NCBI GenBank assembly: GCA_963826115.1
Contig: CAWGVS010000002.1
Span: 1-64,000 of the forward strand
Reading direction: 5' to 3'
From: an uncultured Candidatus Rokubacteria bacterium
GTDB taxonomy: Bacteria; Methylomirabilota; Methylomirabilia; Rokubacteriales; DASRDR01
Length of the DNA stretch: 64,000 nt
Below the pieces are notes generated by a model. It saw only the letters and a program-made list of their open reading frames with translations, was not told the DNA's origin and made no database searches. Shown piece after piece: positions 10,287 through 20,932 of this stretch; position 1 is the stretch's first letter; every line of letters begins with the position of its first letter. A program made the position numbers and the translations under genes.

Positions 10287-10778
10287 TCAGCCCAGACGCC
10301 GGGCGGTACGGCGGGTTTGGAGCGCGTCGCGGTAGCCCTCCCCCGTCTCGACGGCACTCCCGGTGAAGTGGGCAAAGACGTCATCGAGCGTGGCGCCGGG
10401 CTCCACTTGAGTCTTCAACGCGTCGGGCGTGCCGAGCGCGGCCAGCCGCCCATGGTGCAGGATCGCCATCCGGTCGCACTGCGCCTCGGCCTCCTCCATG
10501 TAGTGCGTGGTGACGAAGAGCGTGGTTCCGAACCGCGCTCGCACGTCCCGCACGTGACGCCACACCGTCTCCCGCGCCACCGGATCGAGCCCCACGGTCG
10601 GCTCATCCATGAACAGGACGGCCGGGCGGTGGAGCAGGCTCTGCGCGATCTCCAGCGGCCGGATCATCCCGCCCGAGTAGTGCCGCACCAACTGCGAGGC
10701 CGAGTCCCGCAGGTCCATGAGCGTCAGAGCCTCATCGATCCGCACCGTGCGGTCCGGTCGTGACATGCCATACAGCCC
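10287..10778 (-). pseudogene. ABC exporter ATP-binding protein (DrrA-like), 5' half lost at IS end
   Basis: YSGGM, LFMDEPTVGLDP, TTHYMEEA present; Walker A absent; frame runs into the IS terminal repeat. Confidence 0.85.
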
Positions 10779-12121
10779 TGTCCCGGTCACAAACCCCATC
10801 CACTTGTCCCACCAGAACTTTCCTCACCGCGTCCACTGCTGGTCCGGTAGGGTCTCGGCTCAGACGCCAATGCCTGATGCCGGGGTGCCGCGATGATGCT
10901 CGTGATGGGATTCTGGACGTTCGTTCGCGCTTTGCTCTTCGGGTCGGCGGCCATCGCCCTCGAGAACCTGGCGCTGCGCCATCAACTCCTCGTCCTCCAG
11001 CGGTCGGTGCGTCGACCGCGTCTGGCTCGGTGGGATCGCGTCTTCTGGGTCTGGCTGTCACGGGTCTGGGTGAGTTGGCGGTCCAGTCTCGTCATCGTGC
11101 AGCCCGCCACGGTTCTGACGTGGCACCGCCAAGGCTTCCGGCTCTACTGGCGGTGGAAGTCCAGGCCAAACCCGGTCGGCCGCCCGAGGCTCGACGCCGA
11201 GATCCGCCGCCTCATCCGACGCATGGCGCGGGAGAATCCGACATGGGGCCGGCGGCGCATCCAGGCAGAGCTCGCCCTCCTCGGCTACCACGTCGCCGAG
11301 CTCACCGTCGCGAAGTACATGTGCCGGACGTCGCCGCGGCCCTCCCCGACGTGGCGGGCCTTTCTGGCGGCTCACCTCCGCGAGATGGTCGCCGTCGACT
11401 TCTTCGTCGTCCCCACCCTCACCTTTCGTCTCCTCTTCGTCTTCGTCGTCCTCCGACATGACCGGCGCGAACTCCTCCATCTCAACGTCACCGACCATCC
11501 CACGGCAGTCTGGACAGCCCAGCAGCTCGTCGAGGCGCTCCCGGATGATACGGCTCCCACGTATCTGCTTCGGGATCGAGATGGGATCTACGGGGAAGCC
11601 TTCACGCGACGCGTCACGCGCATGGGGATCCACCAGATTCTGACCGCCCCCCGCGCGCCCTGGCAGAACCCGTTCGTGGAGCGAGTCATCGGGTCCATCC
11701 GTCGCGAATGCCTCGACCACTTCTTCGTGCTGAACGAGGCGCATCTTCGCCGACTCTTACGCGCTTACATCGGCTACTACAACACCGCGCGGCCACACCA
11801 ATCGCTCGACCACAATAGTCCACGGCCACGAGATGTGCAGCGGCCAGCGCTCGGGCGCGTGGTGGCGATCCCGCAGGTCGGTGGGCTCCATCACATCTAC
11901 CAGCGCGCGGCCTGATCGCGACGGTCGTTAAACGAACACGCGCTCATTCACGTCCCCACCACGCCGCGTGTGGTGGGGTGACCGTCGACCTTCTTGGCCT
12001 CGCCGGAAGTCGTGCATGGCGATTCCGGTCGCCGCCCCCCAAAGGCCGGCGCAAGTCCACGCCCCGCACCACGCGTCGGAGAATCGCGAAGGTCAGGTTG
12101 ATGAGGTTTCTAACCGGGACA
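10779..12121 (+). mobile_element. Insertion sequence, IS481-like (TGT...ACA ends)
   Basis: Imperfect terminal inverted repeats TGTCCCGGTCACAAACCCCATC (10779-10800) and GATGAGGTTTCTAACCGGGACA (12100-12121); GCCC on both flanks; single rve transposase. Confidence 0.85.
10893..11915 (+). CDS. DDE transposase (integrase core/rve domain)
   Basis: ENPTWG..RIQ.EL, VDFF, LLRDRDGIYG, PWQNPFVERVIGSIRRECLDH, YYNTARPHQSL. Confidence 0.93.
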   Translation: MMLVMGFWTFVRALLFGSAAIALENLALRHQLLVLQRSVRRPRLARWDRVFWVWLSRVWVSWRSSLVIVQPATVLTWHRQGFRLYWRWKSRPNPVGRPRLDAEIRRLIRRMARENPTWGRRRIQAELALLGYHVAELTVAKYMCRTSPRPSPTWRAFLAAHLREMVAVDFFVVPTLTFRLLFVFVVLRHDRRELLHLNVTDHPTAVWTAQQLVEALPDDTAPTYLLRDRDGIYGEAFTRRVTRMGIHQILTAPRAPWQNPFVERVIGSIRRECLDHFFVLNEAHLRRLLRAYIGYYNTARPHQSLDHNSPRPRDVQRPALGRVVAIPQVGGLHHIYQRAA

Positions 12122-12158
12122 GCCCCTCCCTCGGTGGGCCATCAAACGCCGGCGAGCG

Positions 12159-12446
12159 CTATCGCAACGGTATCGGCGACCCGGGAACCTTGCCGTCGCT
12201 TCGCTTCGCACCGGTGCGGACCCCTTCGATCGGCAGCCGTCCCGCGAACATCAGGAAGTCTGCAATGCCGAACACGTCGGTGTAGACGATACCGTTCCAG
12301 TGCAGCGACACGAAGGGTTCAGTCGTCGGCCGCTCCTCGAAATCGATGTCGTACGCTCGGAGCATGGCCCTCACCTTCTCAGTTTCGCGCGTCTCATTCA
12401 CGTAGAGAATCGGCCGGGAGGGCGCCGACGAGTATTCCATCCTCAC
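12159..12446 (-). CDS. Small hypothetical protein
   Basis: 95-aa ORF with GAGG upstream and plausible composition. Confidence 0.45.
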   Translation of the reverse strand: MRMEYSSAPSRPILYVNETRETEKVRAMLRAYDIDFEERPTTEPFVSLHWNGIVYTDVFGIADFLMFAGRLPIEGVRTGAKRSDGKVPGSPIPLR

Positions 12447-12750
12447 CTCACGCGCCTGCTCACTTCGGCGTTCTCCACGCGAAAGCCACGTTCCACTGCT
12501 GGTCCGTCACGGACCTGGGATCGCTGCCACTGACCGCGCACCTTTCCGTGGCGCGCCTGCATGCCTCAGCAACCTCCACATCCCGCCTCGCTCGGCGACG
12601 TTTGCCGGAAGGGAATCGCGACGGACCGAAGGCAGAAAGAGGATGGTCCGCGAGCGCGGCGAGTACGCGCAGCAGCTCACTCCTTCTCCGGGATACAGAT
12701 TCTCGGCCCGGTGCGCGGGCCCCATTGGGGGGGCCAAGCAAATCGTCCCC

Positions 12751-13059
12751 TCATACCTCAATCTCGACGTCCGCCCCGGTGACGCGAACCGGATAGCTCG
12801 TGACGCCTTGCCGAGCCGGTGCCCCGAGGACGGCCCCGGTCCGGATGTCGAACTTCGCCCCGTGCCAGGGACACGTCACCTCGGCCCCCTCCACCGTCCC
12901 TTCGGACAACGGCCCCCCTCGATGCGTGCAGGTATCGCTCAAGGCATAGAAGGTCCCCTCCACGCGAAGGAGGGCCATCTTCTGACCTTCCACTTCCACC
13001 AGCTTGGCTTGTTCGTCTTCCAGCTCGTCGGTCGTGGCGACCTTGATGAAGCGGGTCAT
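12751..13059 (-). CDS. Rieske [2Fe-2S] ferredoxin
   Basis: CTH...CPWH motifs; RBS AGGAGG. Confidence 0.93.
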   Translation of the reverse strand: MTRFIKVATTDELEDEQAKLVEVEGQKMALLRVEGTFYALSDTCTHRGGPLSEGTVEGAEVTCPWHGAKFDIRTGAVLGAPARQGVTSYPVRVTGADVEIEV

Positions 13060-13135
13060 CGATGCCTCCTCCTTGGACGCCCTGTCGGCCGACGACCGTT
13101 CGTCGTCTCGACGGCCTTGCCCAGGTTTCCAGCGA

Positions 13136-13310
13136 TCAGTTCCTTGTCGTGCAGGGCTTCACCCCGGGGTTGTCGACGAAGAACTGTTTGTTGAGCTCGA
13201 TGAAGGGTTTCGATGGCTCCGGAACTTCGTCCTCGGCGAAGATGGCTTTCACCGGGCAGACCGGTTCGCAGGCCCCGCAGTCGATGCACTCGTCCGGGTG
13301 GATGAAGAGC
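13136..13310 (-). pseudogene. Ferredoxin (7Fe/4Fe-4S type), C-terminal fragment
   Basis: [23 protein letters not shown]; N-terminus missing, joined in frame to a molybdopterin enzyme fragment. Confidence 0.8.
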
Positions 13311-13956
13311 AGGATGAATCGGGCGTTGGCGTGGTCCGGCGACGGGCGGTCGAGGCCGCTCCAGAACGCGTAGCCCGCGCGCGCGGAAGCCGAACGTTGG
13401 TGTGCGAATTGTGCCCGTCGATCCCCCAGGCATGCATGATGCGCTGGTGATAGACGAGCTCGTGGCCCGGGCGGCCGACGTGATACATGACCTCGTTGCG
13501 CCGGCCCTCGACGAGCGCCTTCCGGATGCGCGCGGCGATGTCGTCGAGCGCCTGGCCCCAGGTGACGCGCTCCCACTGACCCCCGCCCCGCGGCCCGACC
13601 CGCTTCAACGGATGGCGGATGCGCTCGGGATCCTCGACCTGGTTCAGGGTGGCCGGTCCCTTCGCGCAGTTGCGGCCACGGCTGCCGGGGTGCTCCGGGT
13701 TCCCCTCGAACTTCTGGATCGTGAGACGGTCCTTGTCCACATAGGCCAGCAGCCCGCAGCCAGCCTCACAGTTGAACCAGATGGTGGGGACGAGCTGATA
13801 GCGGCGCTCGACGCGGCGCGGCCAGGCCTGCGGGTCGTACTCGGCCCAGTCCTCCCAGCGCTCGACCGGCGGGTAGCTCGCGAGGCCGCCCGGCGGCGCC
13901 GTCAGGTTCTGCGCCGCCGGATGGAGCGGCTCGATCGAGGGAGATTGCGGCATCAT
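13311..13956 (-). pseudogene. Molybdopterin-dependent oxidoreductase, N-terminal fragment
   Basis: PTI(W)[49 protein letters not shown]; first Cys reads Trp, frameshift near 13395, truncated after [10 protein letters not shown]. Confidence 0.85.
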
Positions 13957-13963
13957 TCGCCCT

Positions 13964-15481
13964 TCAGCTGAGCGGGACGGCCTGTCCCGCCCGCACCCAG
14001 CAGTCTTCCCAGAGGTAGAGGCCGACGAGGGCCAGGGCGCCGGCCAGGACGCTGGTGGCGCCGGAGGCCGGGATCACGAGAAGCGCGGGGAGCAGCGTGC
14101 CAGCAGCGATCACTCCGCCCCAGAAGATGCGGCTCAGCGGGCCTCGGGTGATGATCCGCGCGGCCGCGTTCGCGTCCCTGTTCGCGTGGGGCGTGTAGCA
14201 CTCGGCGAGGACGAGCAGGAGGTTCACACCCAGCCCCAGGAGGAGGAGCCCCCGCGAGGACGCCGACGGCGGGGTCACCAGGAGGGCCGCGGCGGCGCCG
14301 GCGGTCACCACCGAGGCCAGGAGGTGCGGGAGCACGAGCGGGCTCTGCCAGAAGTCCCGCCCCTCCGCCTGGGCGAAAAGGAACGCGCTGTAACCCGCGG
14401 CCCCAAGCGCGAGGAGCAGGAGCGGCGCCGCCAGGACCGTGAGCACGGCGACGACGCCCGCGAGGGCCGCGAGGATCCAGGCGCCGAGCGCCACGCCGAA
14501 CGCGAGGAGGATCCAGGCGCCCAGGACGAGCCAGGAGCGCGGGTTCGGCCGGAGGAGAAGGTAGTGGAACCGCTCGGGACGCTTGAGGTCGACGATCAGC
14601 AAGCCCCCGGTGAGCAGCAGGAAGAGCAGCGCGATGAGCGGAAGACCCAACTCGGCGGCGCTCCCCCCGCCGAGCACGCCGGCGGCGGCGGCGAGGGCCG
14701 CGCCGGCGGCGACCGACTTTGTCCAGAGGTACGCCCCGACGCGCCACCCCCAGGGTCGGGGCTCGTGCGACACGTCGTACACGGTCCGGCCCAGGGCCTC
14801 GACGGGCTTCGGTGTCGCGCTCGTTGGCCGGGCCGGCTGCCATCCGCCGGCGAGCGCGATGAGCGACAGCGGCTCGCCCGGACTCTGTCCCCAGAGGGTC
14901 GCCGGCGACGCCTCCTGGAGCGTGGGCGCGAGTGTGGCGTGGTCGGCCCCGACGTAGAAGAGCTTCGGGCGGGTCCCCTGCTCCGGCTTCCGGACGCTCA
15001 CGTGCTCCCGGGCGATCACACGAGAGACCTCGCTCTCGGGGTCGTCGAGGTCTCCGGTGAGAATCGCCCGCACGGGGCAGACGATCACGCACGCGGGCTC
15101 GAGCCCCCGCTCCACCCGGTGGGCGCAGAAGTGACACTTGGCGGCCGTCTGCGTGTCGGGGTCGATGTAGAGCGCGTCGTACGGGCACGCCTGCATGCAC
15201 GCCTTGCAGCCGATGCAGCGGTCGCGGTCGAAGTCGACGATCCCGTCGGGCCGCCGGTAGAGCGCGACGGTCGGGCAGATCGTCACGCAGGGCGCGTTGT
15301 CGCAGTGGTTGCAGCGGAGGACCGCGAAGTGCCGGCGAGTGTTCGGGAACTCCCCCTTCTCGACGTACTTCACCCACGTCCGGGCCACGCCGAGGGGAAC
15401 GCGGTTCTCCTCCTTGCACGCCACCGTGCAGGCGTGGCAGCCGATGCACCGCGTCTGGTCGATCACGAAGCCGTAGCGCAT
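13964..15481 (-). CDS. 4Fe-4S dicluster protein fused to NrfD/PsrC membrane anchor
   Basis: CIGCHACTVAC, CNHCDNAPC, CIGCKACMQACP, KCHFC; WGW..YLWTKS, DLKRPERF and multiple TM segments. Confidence 0.92.
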   Translation of the reverse strand: MRYGFVIDQTRCIGCHACTVACKEENRVPLGVARTWVKYVEKGEFPNTRRHFAVLRCNHCDNAPCVTICPTVALYRRPDGIVDFDRDRCIGCKACMQACPYDALYIDPDTQTAAKCHFCAHRVERGLEPACVIVCPVRAILTGDLDDPESEVSRVIAREHVSVRKPEQGTRPKLFYVGADHATLAPTLQEASPATLWGQSPGEPLSLIALAGGWQPARPTSATPKPVEALGRTVYDVSHEPRPWGWRVGAYLWTKSVAAGAALAAAAGVLGGGSAAELGLPLIALLFLLLTGGLLIVDLKRPERFHYLLLRPNPRSWLVLGAWILLAFGVALGAWILAALAGVVAVLTVLAAPLLLLALGAAGYSAFLFAQAEGRDFWQSPLVLPHLLASVVTAGAAAALLVTPPSASSRGLLLLGLGVNLLLVLAECYTPHANRDANAAARIITRGPLSRIFWGGVIAAGTLLPALLVIPASGATSVLAGALALVGLYLWEDCWVRAGQAVPLS

Positions 15482-15813
15482 CAGAACTCGGGCGCCCGGG
15501 ACTTCGAGCCATTGTCGGAATCGGCAAGGATCTCGAAATAGTCCTCAGCCGCCCGTGTCAGATTGAACCGGGGTCGAAGCCCAAAAGCACGCCTCGCCTT
15601 GGAGATGTCCACGACGCAATACGTCGCCATGTCACCCATCCCGAGGTAGTCCTCCCCGCCAGCCGCCTTGCGCTTCCATGTCGGGAAGTGCTCCCACAGG
15701 AGTTCGGCTAGGTCTCGCAATCGCTGCCCCCGCCCGGTCCCAACATTGAAGTCCTCGCCTCCCAGGCCCGCCATCGTCGCAATCGACACAACCCCGGCCA
15801 CCGCATCCGTCAA
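15481..15813 (-). pseudogene. NAD-dependent epimerase/dehydratase, C-terminal fragment
   Basis: EDFNVGTG, VDISKARRAFGLRP; no Rossmann N-terminus. Confidence 0.65.
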
Positions 15814-15844
15814 AGCGCAGCTGCGAGATCGCTCCGTCCGTGCG

Positions 15845-16620
15845 TCACCAGGAAGTCGCGTACATCGGGGAGGCGCGGGATCCCCGCCGACCGCCGAGGG
15901 CGCGACACTTCATAGCGGCGACAGCGTTCGCGAAGACTAGGATCCACTCGAATGGCCAGTCGCGCAACTCTCCAAAGGCGACGGCGCCGTGGAAGACGTC
16001 CCCCGCCCCGTTCGTGTCCACCACCGGCACCGAGAATGCGGGGGCCCGGACGACACGACCCTCCACGAGCCCGATTACTCCCTGGCCCCCGAGAGTCACC
16101 GCAACCCGGGAGGGTCCCGCCTGCGCGAGGGCACGCAGGCCATCCTCGATGGCAGGACGGCCCGTAACCAGCGCGAGGAAGCGCGGGTTGCACACGACGA
16201 CGTCGACCAGTGGCCACACTCCCTCAATGCCAGGAACAACCCGCTCGCCGTCCATCGTAATCCGCATCCCTGCCTCGCGCGCCCATCGGATCGCTTGGAT
16301 GGTGGCCTCGGGATCGATGCCATCGACGTGCAGCAAGCGCCCAGCCGTGGGCAGTTCGATCCAGGTCGTCCGATCCGACGGTGTATCCGGGTGGCGGCCG
16401 GGAGAGAGGGTACGGGCTCCGGTGGTGCGGTCGACGACTTTCACGTGGCCCGGGCTTCCGGCCGCTCGCAAGACGTGCCGGATGTCGACACCCTCCCGGC
16501 GGAGCGTCCGAAGCGCCACCCGCGCCTAGAAAATCCGCGCCGGTCTTCCCCACGTGCGTGTCCGAGGCCGAGCCGGCACGGTGACGAGAGCTGTCGCCGT
16601 CACGCCCCCTGTCCTGGTCA
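15845..16620 (-). pseudogene. PfkB family carbohydrate kinase, degraded
   Basis: VTLGGQG, VVDTNGAGDVFHG, FANAVAAMKC; N-terminal GGVTATAL in another frame. Confidence 0.8.
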
Positions 16621-16956
16621 TCTCTAAGCACGTTGGCCGTGTCAAGTCCTCCAGACTCCGGTATGAAGCCTCCTCCTCGGGCCGGCGGGAGCTGCCGGCG
16701 GGGGATATCACAGGGTATAGGGTCGAGGCACGAACGCGATCCTAGGCCGCCTCCTCGGCCGGCGTGAGGAGGAGATCGACGCGATCATCGTGAGGTCGCG
16801 GCGGCGCCTCCGCGAGCGGCTCACGGGGGCGCAGCGACCATCCTCGAACTGCGCCGACATCCCGGCCCCAGACCATCACGTCACGGCCCAATACCGTCCG
16901 TGGCGGGCGCCGGTCCTGGCGAACGGGGACCGGCCCTCGTCAGTGAGGTCCTGACG

Positions 16957-18523
16957 ATGAACGAGCCCCTCCCCCTCGGCGCCGCGTCCGTCGACGACGA
17001 ATCGTGCGGTCACACGGATGGAGTCCCTGACATCAACGGGGTGGGCGAGCCGGGCGAGGTGATCCCCATCCCGATCTGGGCCTCCGGGCTCTCCGCTGAT
17101 CGGATCGGCCCGATCCAGTGGCGGCCGGTGGCCGCGCTCACGCCGTACGCGCCCCGCTTCATCGAGATCCCCTCGTTCCGGGGCGCGCCGAGCTGGGAGA
17201 TGCTGCGGCAGCTCCTGAAGGAGTCCGGCGTCAGGGATCCCCTGCTGGTCCTGCCGGACGGCCGCGTCGTGGATGGGGTGCATCGGCTCGAGCTGGCACG
17301 GATGCTGGGCCTGGCGGAGGTCCCGGTCCGGATCGTCGACGTGGCCGAGCCGTGCCCGGACAGCGATCGCATGCAGCTCGAGACCACGCGGGCGGCCCTC
17401 GATGCCGGCCGGCGGCGCATCGACCCATCGCATCTCCGGAGGCTGGTGCTCGATCTGACCCAGGCGGAGGTCCAGCTTCGCGCCGTGAACCGGCGTGCGG
17501 CCAACCTCCGGCGCGGTCGCGTCGCGGGGGCGGGCCCGAGCGTGCCCACCCAGCGTGAGCGTGGGCAGGCCGTCGGGATGAGCGCGCGAGCGGTGCGCCG
17601 CCTGGACCGGATCGTGCGAGACGCGCCGGCGGATCTCCTGGACGCCGTGCGGACCGGAACGCTGAGCGCGAAGGTGGCGGATCGCCGCCTGGCGCGAGTC
17701 CGGAGCCGCTCACGTCCCGACCGGCCCCGTGCGCGCTCGGGAAATGCGGGCCGACGGGGACGGAGAGCCTGGCAAGGACGAGCCCGTGGCTGCGGATCCG
17801 ACTCAGGGGATCGGATCGGCGCTCCGATCCGTCACGCCGCAGGCCAGCCCGGGGTCGACGACTCCGGTCGGCGATGCCGAGCCCGAGCGGCGAGTCGCCA
17901 CGTTGGCGGGACACCCGGTCGTCGGTGAACAGCCCGGCGAGAGTCCAACCGATGCCGCCGTCGCCTCCGCACCGTCGAGCTCACCGGCCGTGGAGGCCTT
18001 CATGGCCGTGTGTCGAAGCCTTCAGGAGGTGACCCGAGACTTCGTCCAGGAGACCGCGCACTGGACGGGGGAGCGCCGCGAGCAGCGGACCCTCACGATC
18101 TGGCAGGGCATCCGCCAGCTCGAGGAGCATCTGGACTGGATGGAAGCCGCCGGGGAGACCGCGGCCGGGAGAGGCCTGACCGACGGCGCAGTCGGAGGGT
18201 TCGCTGTGGTGCCGACGGATGGGCTCGGCCTACCCGCTCCCCTGCCACCGGAGACCCGGGCTCTGGCCGCGCTCGCGCTCTACGAGCCGCGCTTCGTCTG
18301 GCCTCCCGACTTCCGCGCGACGCACGAGTGGCGGGTGCTCCGTGAAGACATCGCCGCGCACGGGATCCGCACACCGCTCCGCATCCTCCGGAACGGCTGG
18401 GTGATCGACGGGACGCATCGCTGCCTCATCGCCCAGGAGCTGGGGCTGGAGCGGGCCCCGGTACAGGTGGTCCCGCTCTCGCTGGGGCGAGCGCCCGGGA
18501 AGGTGCTCTCGGCGCTCGACTGA
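16957..18523 (+). CDS. ParB/Srx-domain protein with two ParB-like domains (apparent frameshift near 17720)
   Basis: GVRDPLLV..DGRVVDGVHRL and GIRTPLRI..NGWVIDGTHRC in overlapping ORFs 16900-17928 and 17729-18523. Confidence 0.65.
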
Positions 18524-18640
18524 CGGCGGGCCGCCATCTCCGTCACCCGGTGGGGTGAAGCCCTGGCCTTCCCCACCCCACCCACCCTTCGGGGTGCTGT
18601 CCATCGACCGCTGAACTGGAGTCCATGATCCGTGAAGCCG

Positions 18641-19799
18641 ATGCTCGATCACACCGCGGGCCGGGAGTATCCACGCGCATTCGCGCCGTGGCCATACCCG
18701 CTGCTCTGCTTGGCCTGGAGGCTCGGCTGGGGCGGGCGGCGCCTCATCGCTCCGCGTAAGGCGGACCGGAGATCGACCCACGTGGAGGAACCCGCCGATG
18801 CCGGCCCCGCACTCGACGATGCCGAGGTGACGACGGCGTCTCGAGCCGACCCCGGTGCCTCGAACGGAGGCCGACGGCGACGACCCGGCGCGTGGTCGGA
18901 AGCTGGCGAGCGCGAGACGACGGCGGACCGGGTCCGGGCGACGTTACAGCACTCTCCGCTGATGTCGCCCGCACCCCACACCGTGGTCACCGGTGCCCTC
19001 ACCGCCACCGTCAGCCTGATCTGCGTGGCGCCGGGGCCGGGTCGCGATCTCGAGGTTCCCCCATTCTGGCGGGCCGCCCTCGCGCGGTGGCCCGGCTTCC
19101 ACACGCCGTGCTACGTCCCGTCCGCGCGCCCACGATGGGATCCGGCGACGTGGACCCTGGTCAGCCTGCTCGAGGGCGTCTGGGATACCACGGGGACGAC
19201 GTTCCTCGGCCGTGAGCGCCCGCTCCTGTTCCAGGTGGCCGGCACGCGGCGCATGGCGGCCCGCCACGGGTGGTCCGATCGGCGGGCGCTCGCGTGCGGG
19301 CGCACCGCCCACCGGATCTGGCGGCACTGGTTCGAGACCCGGGAGGTCCCGCGCCTGGCCACGGTCGCCCGCTGGCCCGTGCCGCCGGCGTTGCAGCGTC
19401 ATCTCCCCGACCTGGTCGCCGCCTATCGGCGCATGCGGGCCGCCCGGCGGACCGGCCAGTGGACACCGGACCTGGACGCCGTGCCGCCGTCCTGCCGGGT
19501 GATGCTCGGCCACCTCGCCGAGTCGTCCCTCCGCGAGCTTCAGCCGCCGGTGGTGGCCGATCGGCCGCTCGGGCTTCGCGAGGCGGTGGCTCGAGCGTGC
19601 CTCGCGAGTCCCCTCGGGCGCCTCGCGGCGCAGTCCGGTCTCGATGCCGGCGCCCTCCGGGCCGCTGCCGAGCAGACGGCCGCGCGCCTACTGTGGCTTC
19701 TGACGGCCCCCTGGGCGTGGACCCCGCGGCCCGTGGTGCGGGGACCTCGACGCGCGCGCCAGGAGGCCCGCGCCCGGGCACGCGGGACGATCGGCATGA
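18641..19799 (+). CDS. Hypothetical protein upstream of parM (reads through into parM as sequenced)
   Basis: Long Trp/Arg-rich ORF; ATGA junction at 19796-19799 suggests the true stop lies in another frame. Confidence 0.45.
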
Positions 19800-20846
19800 C
19801 GCGGCAGGAGGTGGCGGTGATCGTCGGCCTCGACGTGGGCTTCGGCTACACGAAGACCGTGACGGGCGCGGGGGTGGACGTCTCGCCCTCCGTCGTCGGC
19901 GAGTGGATGCCGGGCGCGTTCCGGCTCGGGGTGGAGCTGGGTGACGGACGGGACGCGCGCGAGCCGGAGGCCATCGGCCTCGGTGAGCGCACCTACGTCG
20001 TCGGCGAGCGCGCCCTCCGGATCGCGCACCGCCGGTTCGTCGGGACTCAGCCGCGAGTGGATGGAGCAGCCGACGTTCCGCGTGCTCGCCCTCGCGGCCC
20101 TCCACCGCGTGCTCGGCGAGTCCGGTCACGCGGTCACCGTCGTCACCGGTCTCCCCGTGGAGGACGTCGAGCCGCACGGCGACACGGTCCGCCGGCAGCT
20201 CGAGGGGGCCCATGAGCTGCGGCTCGAGCCGGATGCGCGGCGCTGGACGGTGACGATCGAGCGCGTCCACGTGCTGCCGCAGCCGCTCGGGACCGTCCTC
20301 GCCCAGTGCCTCGACAGCCGGGGTCACGTCACGGAGCCGGCGGGGCTCGACGTCCGTGTGGGCGTCCTCGACGTGGGCTTTCGGACGACGGACTATTTCA
20401 CGCTCGACGGCCTCGCGGTGCTGCCGGCGCGGTGCCTGACCCGGAACACGGGCATGGCCGACCTCCTCCTGGATCTCTCCCGCGAGGTCTATCGCCGCTG
20501 GGGCGTGGAGCTGGATCCCCATGCCCTCGACGAGGCCACGCTGCGCGGCGTCCTTCGGATCGGCGGTACCGAGGTCCGCCTCGGGCCGGTGCTCGACCCG
20601 TGGCTGGACCGGCACGCCGAGGCCATCGCAGCCCACGGGCGGATGCTCTGGGGTGATCAGGCCCGCGGGCTCGGGCGCCTCTGGATCACGGGCGGCGGCG
20701 GCGCGGTGCTGGGTGCTCGCCTGACGGCCCTGGCGCCCCACGCCGAGGTCGTGCGGCACGCACGGATCCAGAACGCCGTGGGGTACTTCCGCTACGGGCT
20801 CCGTCTGCTGAGGGCGGGCAAAACGGCCGCCGTGATTGACCGATGA
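19796..20846 (+). CDS. parM: ParM/StbA family actin-like plasmid segregation ATPase (frameshift near 20043)
   Basis: GLDVGFGYTK, VVTGLP, PQPLG, GVLDVGFRTTD, ITGGGG, NAVGY; removing one G from GTCGGGACTC restores the frame. Confidence 0.88.
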
Positions 20847-20851
20847 GCGCG

Positions 20852-20882
20852 TCTGTCAGACGTCTGTCAGAGATCTGTTAGA
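20852..20882. repeat. Three 11-bp-period repeats TCTGT(C/T)AGA, candidate parC centromere/operator
   Basis: TCTGTCAGA at 20852 and 20863, TCTGTTAGA at 20874, between parM and the parR-like ORF. Confidence 0.65.
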
Positions 20883-20932
20883 GAAGACTCCCGCCGCCCG
20901 GAGTCGCGGCTGTCGCTGGCCGGCCCCGCGTC

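Noticed and set aside
16730-16850. Sigma-factor region 4-like fragment (ILGRLLGRREEEIDAIIVRSRRRLRERL)
   Set aside because: Short, no start codon, similarity too weak to support.
18632-20215. Genuine fusion of the hypothetical protein to the ParM N-terminus
   Set aside because: An ATGA junction at 19796 and nearby indels suggest separate genes joined by a frameshift.
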